Positions 1 through 4,955 of a stretch of DNA of 13,072 bases are shown in pieces (position 1 is the stretch's first letter; the number at the start of each line of letters is the position of its first letter). The stretch is taken from the NCBI GenBank assembly GCA_043750125.1, contig JAYVCD010000441.1, positions 1-13,072 of the forward strand. The letters are read 5' to 3'. The DNA comes from Archangiaceae bacterium. GTDB taxonomy: Bacteria; Myxococcota; Myxococcia; Myxococcales; Myxococcaceae. The notes under the pieces are model-generated. The model was not told where the DNA came from. It did not search any database and was given only the letters and a program-made list of their open reading frames with translations. The position numbers and the translations under genes were made by a program.

Positions 1-720
1 GTGCCGCTGCCCGAGCCGGAACGCGAGAGCGTCACGTCCGTGCCCAAGCTGGACGAGCAGATTCTTCCCGCCGCCGATGCGGGCCTCGAGGTGAGCCCGC
101 CGCCGTTGGACCGCGAGCGCATCGAAGCCCCGGACGCGGGACCGCTTCCCGAGCTCAGTGCCGAAGCCGAACCTCTTGTCGAAAACGCGCCGCCTGAGGT
201 CTGGGTCGCGCCCGTCGAGGCCCCGGTCGCGGTCCGTGCCGCGCCGCCCGACGGACTGGCGTTCGAGGCGGCGGCACTGGGAAGTGGCTGGCCGCTGGGC
301 ATCGGCGCGCAGGTGGGGGGCGATGGGTGCTTCGGCCCGCTGTGCGTGGGACTGCTGCTGCAGGGACAACGTGCCACTCTGGCGCAGGCCCAGTTGGTGA
401 TCTGGCAAGCGGGGGTGCTGCTTTCGGGTCAGGCGAGAATCCGGTTGGGGCTCGAACGGCTGTTGGGCGCCTTTCAGCTGTCCGTGGGGCCGCAATGGAC
501 CCTCGCCCAGCGCGGAGAGCAGAGCCAGAGCCGCTGGCAATTGCGGGTGGAGCTCGGCCCGGAATTGTCGGTGCGAGTCTTCTCTACAGTGTGGCTTTTT
601 GTGCGGGGAGGGGTGGGCCTCAATTCCGGCGTCACCTCCATTTTCGTCAATGAGTTGCAGGTCGCCGAGCTGCCGGTCGTTTCGGGCCAGGCCGCGGTGG
701 GCATTCGGATCGGTCGATGA
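1..720 (+). CDS. Putative outer-membrane beta-barrel protein with Pro/Glu-rich N-terminal linker; probably 5'-truncated by the window edge
   Basis: The frame is open from position 1 to TGA 718-720 with GC-rich third positions. About 85 aa of Pro/Glu/Ala-rich low complexity precede about 8 alternating amphipathic segments (GLAFEAAALG, PLGIGAQVGG, PLCVGLLLQGQ, WQAGVLLSGQARIRL, LLGAFQLSVGPQWT, WQLRVELGPELSVRV, VWLFVRGGVGL, VSGQAAVGIRIG). No signal peptide is visible, so the true start likely lies upstream. Confidence 0.6.
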   Translation: MPLPEPERESVTSVPKLDEQILPAADAGLEVSPPPLDRERIEAPDAGPLPELSAEAEPLVENAPPEVWVAPVEAPVAVRAAPPDGLAFEAAALGSGWPLGIGAQVGGDGCFGPLCVGLLLQGQRATLAQAQLVIWQAGVLLSGQARIRLGLERLLGAFQLSVGPQWTLAQRGEQSQSRWQLRVELGPELSVRVFSTVWLFVRGGVGLNSGVTSIFVNELQVAELPVVSGQAAVGIRIGR

Positions 721-727
721 CGCGCGC

Positions 728-1411
728 GTGCCTGATTTCCTCCCAGTCAAGCGACTTCAGATCGTGAGCCCCCTGGCGGAATCCGCTGCCCACCTGAAGC
801 TGCTGCGGCCCGAGCCGGGCGACAGCCTCTCGGATCTCGAGCTGGTTGCCGCGGTGCGTCGGGGAGATTCGCGGGTGGCGCTGGAGTTCTACGGGAAAGT
901 GGCCCCTCGAATCTGGACGGTGTTGCGGAGGTTGCTTCGGGGCAACGAGCAGGATCACGAAGACCTCGCGCAGCAGACGCTGGTCGCGCTGGTCACCGGT
1001 TTGGGCCGCTACAAGGGTCAGGCCCCACTCGAGATGTGGGCGGGAGCGGTCGCAGGTCACATCGCGCTCGATTGGCTTCGGCACCACCGCCGCGAGCGGG
1101 CGCTGTTCGAGAGACTGGGCGAGGCCAGCCTCGAGCGGCCCTCGCGCGACCAGCCCGAGCACGCGGTGCTGACCCGTGAGGTCGTCGACCGGCTGAAGGT
1201 CCTGCTCGCCGGAGTGGCCGAAGATCGCCTCGATGCCTGGGTCCTTCACGACGTCTACGGCTTCTCACTGGCCGAGCTGGCCCTGATGACGGACGCTTCA
1301 CTTTCCGCAGTGCAAAGTCGATTGGTGCGAGGCCGCGGCGATGTGCAGGCCCGGCTGGCGCGGGACCCGTCGCTCGCGCAGACGCTGCAGGACCTGGGGG
1401 AACGGCGATGA
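728..1411 (+). CDS. ECF-type RNA polymerase sigma-70 factor
   Basis: Region 2 motifs: SDLELVAAVRRGD, DHEDLAQQTLVAL, WAGAVAGHIALDWLR. Region 4.2 HTH: AWVLHDVYGFSLAELALMTDASLSAVQSRLVRGR. The start is uncertain (in-frame GTG at 728 or 764); the ORF-track start at 599 overlaps the upstream gene. Confidence 0.92.
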   Translation: MPDFLPVKRLQIVSPLAESAAHLKLLRPEPGDSLSDLELVAAVRRGDSRVALEFYGKVAPRIWTVLRRLLRGNEQDHEDLAQQTLVALVTGLGRYKGQAPLEMWAGAVAGHIALDWLRHHRRERALFERLGEASLERPSRDQPEHAVLTREVVDRLKVLLAGVAEDRLDAWVLHDVYGFSLAELALMTDASLSAVQSRLVRGRGDVQARLARDPSLAQTLQDLGERR

Positions 1412-2418
1412 GAGATCTTTCAGCCCTGTTGTCCGAAGCCCTCAAGGGCGCGGCAGGCCCGCTCGATTCGACAGAGGTTCCGCCCGAAGCCCGCCCGGCT
1501 GCCATCGCCCTGCTCTCAGCGACCATTCGCGCCCAGGGGCGCAGGCAGGAAGTTCGACGGGTGGCGAAGGGACTTTGCGCCGTCGCGGCTCTTCTCGTCC
1601 TCAGCCTGGGAGGCTGGCTGTGGTTGCGTTCTCCCCAGGGGCTGGAAGTGCAGTCAGCGCAGCTGGCCTTGGTGACGCGTGGAGAAGCGAGCGTGGCGGC
1701 CACCAGCGGCTCCCGACTCGAGGCCGGGATGCGGGTGGGGACTACGTCCGGCGGCTCGGTGCGCATGCGCTTCAAGACCGGCAGTCAGGTCTGGCTCGAA
1801 GAGCATTCCGAGCTCGAAGTGCTTTCGACCGGTGAAGATCAGCACCTGCGGCTGTCGGCGGGGCGGCTGCGCGCGGACGTGGTTCATCTGCTTCCGGGCC
1901 AGCGCTTTCGAATCGTCACTCCGGATACCGAGCTCGAAGTGAAGGGCACCCGATTCACCGTCGAATGGGCGGCCGAAGCGGCGTGCGCAGGGCAGGCCGC
2001 CACCCGGCTTCGCGTCGAAGAGGGCGTGGTCTGGGTTCGCCATGGCCAGGAAGAAGCAGAGATTCATGCGGGCGGGGTGTGGCCGGCTGCCTGCGCTGCA
2101 GCGGTCGAAGTTCCCGCGGTGGTCCCGGTGACTGCGGCGCCCGCGCCGTCTCGGCTGGCAGAAGAGAACCGGCGGTTTGCCGAAGTGCTGCAAGCCCGAC
2201 AGGCGGGCAATTCTGCGCGCGGGCTCGAGCTGCTCGAGCTGTTGCGGCAGGATTTTCCGCGGGGCCACCTCGAAGAAGACGTGGCGGCCGAAGAGCTGCG
2301 CCTGCTTTCAGGCCAGGCTCCCCTTCGAGCCCAACGGGCCGCGAAGCTCTACCTGAAGCGGTTTCCGCGCGGGTATGCACGGGACCTGGCCCAAGGCCTG
2401 GCCGCGCCTCATCCATGA
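1408..2418 (+). CDS. FecR-domain transmembrane anti-sigma factor with C-terminal TPR-like helical domain
   Basis: ATGA overlap with the sigma stop. One TM helix at aa ~55-73 (GLCAVAALLVLSLGGWLWL). FecR-like beta domain (GSQVWLEEHSEL, LRLSAGRLRADV, FRIVTPDTELEVKGTRFTV, LRVEEGVVWV). An Ala/Pro linker leads to a helical tail (LAEENRRFAEVLQARQAGNSARGLELLELLRQDFPRG...AKLYLKRFPRG). Confidence 0.88.
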   Translation: MRDLSALLSEALKGAAGPLDSTEVPPEARPAAIALLSATIRAQGRRQEVRRVAKGLCAVAALLVLSLGGWLWLRSPQGLEVQSAQLALVTRGEASVAATSGSRLEAGMRVGTTSGGSVRMRFKTGSQVWLEEHSELEVLSTGEDQHLRLSAGRLRADVVHLLPGQRFRIVTPDTELEVKGTRFTVEWAAEAACAGQAATRLRVEEGVVWVRHGQEEAEIHAGGVWPAACAAAVEVPAVVPVTAAPAPSRLAEENRRFAEVLQARQAGNSARGLELLELLRQDFPRGHLEEDVAAEELRLLSGQAPLRAQRAAKLYLKRFPRGYARDLAQGLAAPHP

Positions 2419-2996
2419 CTCGCACCCTCTGGGGTTTGATTGCGGCGGTCGTGATCGGAAATGTGGGCTGCAGTCAGGCTTTCCGCTTCACCGAAGAGAC
2501 GGGGATCAACCCGGACGGCGGACTCGACGGCGGAACCGACGCCGGCACCCCTTGCCAGCTGCCCGGCGAGTGCGAGTGCATCGCAGACATCAACTGCCCG
2601 GGCACGCGGCCCCATTGCGATGGAGATCACCGGTGTGTCGAGTGCACAGTGGCCGCCGACTGCGGGACCAACGGACTGTGCGACGGGCCGACGCGACGTT
2701 GCACGACCTCGTGTAGCTTGAGCAGCCAGTGCACCGGAATCCGAAACAGCTGCAGCGATGATCCTCCGCGCCATTGTCGGGCCTGCGACGACAGCGTGGG
2801 GTGCGGAGGGCTGACGCCCTTCTGCTCTGAGTCGGTGGGGTACTGCGTTCAATGCAGAAGCGACCTGCAGTGTTCGTCAGCCGCGGCGCACTGCGATCTG
2901 CACACCGGCACCTGCGTCAAGTGCTTCGCTTCCGCGCATTGCGCGCCGACCGAGTACTGCGTGTTGGGTGTCGGGATCTGCGCGCAGCGACCCTGA
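2415..2996 (+). CDS. Cys-rich repeat lipoprotein (193 aa)
   Basis: ATGA overlap with the anti-sigma stop. Signal peptide MTRTLWGLIAAVVIGNVG|C has a lipobox-like Cys19, followed by a DGG-rich linker (DGGLDGGTDAG) and 26 further Cys in repeated 4-Cys units. This is the C-terminal part of track ORF 1965..2996. Confidence 0.85.
   Translation: MTRTLWGLIAAVVIGNVGCSQAFRFTEETGINPDGGLDGGTDAGTPCQLPGECECIADINCPGTRPHCDGDHRCVECTVAADCGTNGLCDGPTRRCTTSCSLSSQCTGIRNSCSDDPPRHCRACDDSVGCGGLTPFCSESVGYCVQCRSDLQCSSAAAHCDLHTGTCVKCFASAHCAPTEYCVLGVGICAQRP
2571..2981 (+). repeat. Six tandem protein-level Cys repeats, C-x1-3-C-x5-C-x5-6-C-x5-7
   Basis: Units: CECIADINCPGTRPHCDGDHR / CVECTVAADCGTNGLCDGPTRR / CTTSCSLSSQCTGIRNSCSDDPPRH / CRACDDSVGCGGLTPFCSESVGY / CVQCRSDLQCSSAAAHCDLHTGT / CVKCFASAHCAPTEYCVLGVGI, plus a final C. 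The units are diverged at DNA level. Confidence 0.85.
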
Positions 2997-2999
2997 TTC

Positions 3000-3917
3000 T
3001 CAGACGTGCACGTAGTACGTGATCAGCCGGGTGGTCAGCGCGTCGGGGGCAGGCAGATCATTTCCGGTGTCTTCGATTGCCGCCGCGACCCGGGGAAAGC
3101 CGTCCGGCCCCAACCCCCCCGGGCGCACCACCGCCAGCAGCCGCAGCTTTCCTTCCTGCGGCACGGCGAGCACCGCTTCTCCCCGGTCGGCGGCCGCAGT
3201 CGCCGCCTCGGCATTGGCCTTCTGCCAGCCGCGGGTGTGCCCTTCGAAGCGCAACCAGTCGACCATCTGTCCCAGCGTCGTCTCGCGGCCCCCGGCGAAA
3301 TGCGGGACCTCGCAATTCATCGCCCGCGTCACGTCCCACACGAAGACATGGGTCTTCGATTTGCCCGAAGCGTCGACCTGGTAGCGCTGGTTGTAGCCCG
3401 AGGCGAATTGGTCAATCACGTTCTGGTACAGCACCGCCGTCCTGCGTCCAGGCTTGCTCTGCATCGGCGCGTTCACCGCTTTCCAGGTGTCGACCGAAGT
3501 CACTTCTCGGGCCGGCAACAAACCGTCGTGCAGCGCGGTGGTGACGGTGACTTCGTCCTCTTCATCCGCGTCCAGCGCAAGGCCCGCGACATTGCCCAAC
3601 AGCACGTCGGTGTTCGTCCTCTCGTCGTCATCATCGAAGCCCGAGCTGTGGCGATGTTTTTGAAAGACCGTCGGGGGGCGAACCAGCACCTGGTGGGGCG
3701 CGGTGAACGGCATCAGCAGCGGCGCGGCCCCGGGGACGGTGACTTCCGCGTCGTCGGTGTCGAACGGTTTGGCCCTCGCCACCGGAGGACCTGGCTTCTG
3801 CGGGCGGGCCGGTATCGCTGGGCCCAGATCAAAGGACGAGGCGGCAGATCTTCGAGCAGGCACCGGGACCGGAGCCCGGGCGGGGGGCGGCTTCTTGTCT
3901 CCTTCCTTTCCTGCCAT
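3000..3917 (-). CDS. Hypothetical protein: disordered acidic/Pro-rich N-terminus plus a C-terminal papain-fold (CHAP/NlpC-like) domain lacking the catalytic Cys/His
   Basis: ATG at 3917 (MAGKEGDKKPPP...), 305 aa, converging 3 nt from the previous stop. The C-terminal ~165 aa (NVIDQF...NQRY...FVWDVTRAMNCEVPH...DWL...GW...AADRG...AVVRPG...YYVH) resembles, from recall, a family with TYCNIFVWDVTRAM and GHIAVVRPG motifs. Confidence is higher for the CDS than for the fold. Confidence 0.7.
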   Translation of the reverse strand: MAGKEGDKKPPPARAPVPVPARRSAASSFDLGPAIPARPQKPGPPVARAKPFDTDDAEVTVPGAAPLLMPFTAPHQVLVRPPTVFQKHRHSSGFDDDDERTNTDVLLGNVAGLALDADEEDEVTVTTALHDGLLPAREVTSVDTWKAVNAPMQSKPGRRTAVLYQNVIDQFASGYNQRYQVDASGKSKTHVFVWDVTRAMNCEVPHFAGGRETTLGQMVDWLRFEGHTRGWQKANAEAATAAADRGEAVLAVPQEGKLRLLAVVRPGGLGPDGFPRVAAAIEDTGNDLPAPDALTTRLITYYVHV

Positions 3918-3927
3918 GTCCGTTGTG

Positions 3928-3933
3928 ACTCTA
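3928..3933 (-). promoter_or_regulatory. Candidate -10 element (TAGAGT) for a short-leader transcript of the 3000..3917 gene
   Basis: The minus strand reads GG-TAGAGT-CACAACGGAC-ATG, a TANNNT hexamer 10 nt before the start, in the 85-bp divergent intergenic region. Confidence 0.3.
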
Positions 3934-4002
3934 CCGCTGTCCCCCGCGACCACCGATTTGACCGCTCAAGCTTCGATCGAAACTGTAGAACTACCCCACC
4001 CT

Positions 4003-4566
4003 GTGCGTTGGCTCGTCGCAATCTTCTTGTTGGGCACCACCGGCTGCAATGGCACGGCCGCCTACGCGGCGAGCAGCTTCGATGCAAACGACGAGGCCTG
4101 GTCGCTGAACGGCGACGCAGCGGCGCAGGTCGAGCTGCGGTCGGTCGGCGGGAATCCAGGGGGACACATCTGCGGCAAAGACTCGGTCAACGGCGACATC
4201 TGGTACTTCATCGCCCCGCCTCGCTTTCTGGGCGATGCCTCTCGCACATTCGGAAAGCGCCTCACCTGGGACCTGAAGCAGGACAACATGTACCAGCAGC
4301 TCAAAGGGCGAGACGTGGTGCTGCAGGGCAACGGGCTCTCGCTGGTCTTCAACATCAAGGCGACTCCCGCCAAAGAGTGGACCGCGTACGAGGCCCGGCT
4401 CGACGGCGAGAGCGGTTGGAAGTTCGATGACGCCGCGCAGCCCGCTGCGACCGAGGAACAGGTCCGCCAGGTGCTCAAGGCAATCACCAGCTTGAGGCTG
4501 CGGGGCGAGTTCGCCGATGGCCCCGACTCTGCGTGCCTCGACAATGTCTTCCTCGGACTCGAATGA
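4003..4566 (+). CDS. Laminin B (laminin domain IV)-like lipoprotein (187 aa)
   Basis: The GTG start gives signal peptide MRWLVAIFLLGTTG|C. Motifs WYFIAPPRFLGDASRTFGKRLTWDL, DVVLQGNGLSL, W...ATEEQVRQVLKAITSLRLRGEF and LDNVFL match the laminin B domain (PF00052) pattern. Confidence 0.85.
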   Translation: MRWLVAIFLLGTTGCNGTAAYAASSFDANDEAWSLNGDAAAQVELRSVGGNPGGHICGKDSVNGDIWYFIAPPRFLGDASRTFGKRLTWDLKQDNMYQQLKGRDVVLQGNGLSLVFNIKATPAKEWTAYEARLDGESGWKFDDAAQPAATEEQVRQVLKAITSLRLRGEFADGPDSACLDNVFLGLE

Positions 4567-4871
4567 TTCCCTGCACCCGGTGTGGGGCGTGCTGCGTCGC
4601 TCCGGACATCGCCGCGCTCGACAAGCCGTTGGGCCTGGTCTGCCCGCACCTGGGGCCTGACGCGCTGTGCACCATCTATGAGAGCCGCCCCCAGGTGTGT
4701 CGGGACTATGCGGCTGACGAAGTGTGCCTGCAGATCGATGCGCCCACGCTTGAAGAGCGGGTCGGGAAGTACCTGTCGCTGTTCGGCCTCACCGCGGAAG
4801 CCGCCGTGGTGAAGCGCTCAAAGCTGCTCTCGATGAAGCTCGCCCGAACCCCGGTCGACCGCCCTCGGTAA
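4563..4871 (+). CDS. YkgJ-family cysteine-cluster protein (CxxCxxCC putative Zn/Fe-chelating domain), 102 aa
   Basis: ATGA overlap with the laminin B gene. CTRCGACC...CPHL...CTIYESRPQVCRDY is the canonical PF03692 pattern. Confidence 0.9.
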   Translation: MIPCTRCGACCVAPDIAALDKPLGLVCPHLGPDALCTIYESRPQVCRDYAADEVCLQIDAPTLEERVGKYLSLFGLTAEAAVVKRSKLLSMKLARTPVDRPR

Positions 4872-4955
4872 GTTTTTTCAACTTAAGTTTCGAACGGTTG
4901 CAGGCATGCAATATGAGTTTTCAAGTCTGGAAGGGTCTGGGGGTTAACCCGTTCG
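4872..4955. promoter_or_regulatory. AT-rich intergenic control region with several palindromes upstream of the pseudokinase
   Basis: AACTTAAGTT (4880-4889), TTGCA-N4-TGCAA (4898-4911) and GGGTTAACCC (4941-4950) are palindromic. GTCTGG is repeated 10 bp apart (4925, 4935). GC is markedly lower than in the flanks. Confidence 0.5.

Noticed and set aside
1965..2414. N-terminal extension of the Cys-rich protein (343 aa)
   Set aside because: It is an off-frame overlap with the anti-sigma gene. The ATGA coupling and signal peptide define the start at 2415.
2415..2996. Multiheme cytochrome c or ferredoxin reading of the CxxC motifs
   Set aside because: No CxxCH occurs, the spacing does not match CxxCxxCxxxC, and the lipoprotein signal favours disulfides.
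3958..3992. Sigma70 promoter TTGACC...TAGAAC for the laminin B gene
   Set aside because: The spacer is 22 nt, and the hexamer lacks the conserved final T.
3006..4430. Long + strand ORFs 3006..4430 and the 3703..4002 extension of the laminin B ORF
   Set aside because: They are antisense shadows of the 3000..3917 gene, typical of high-GC DNA. The signal peptide fixes the laminin B start at 4003.
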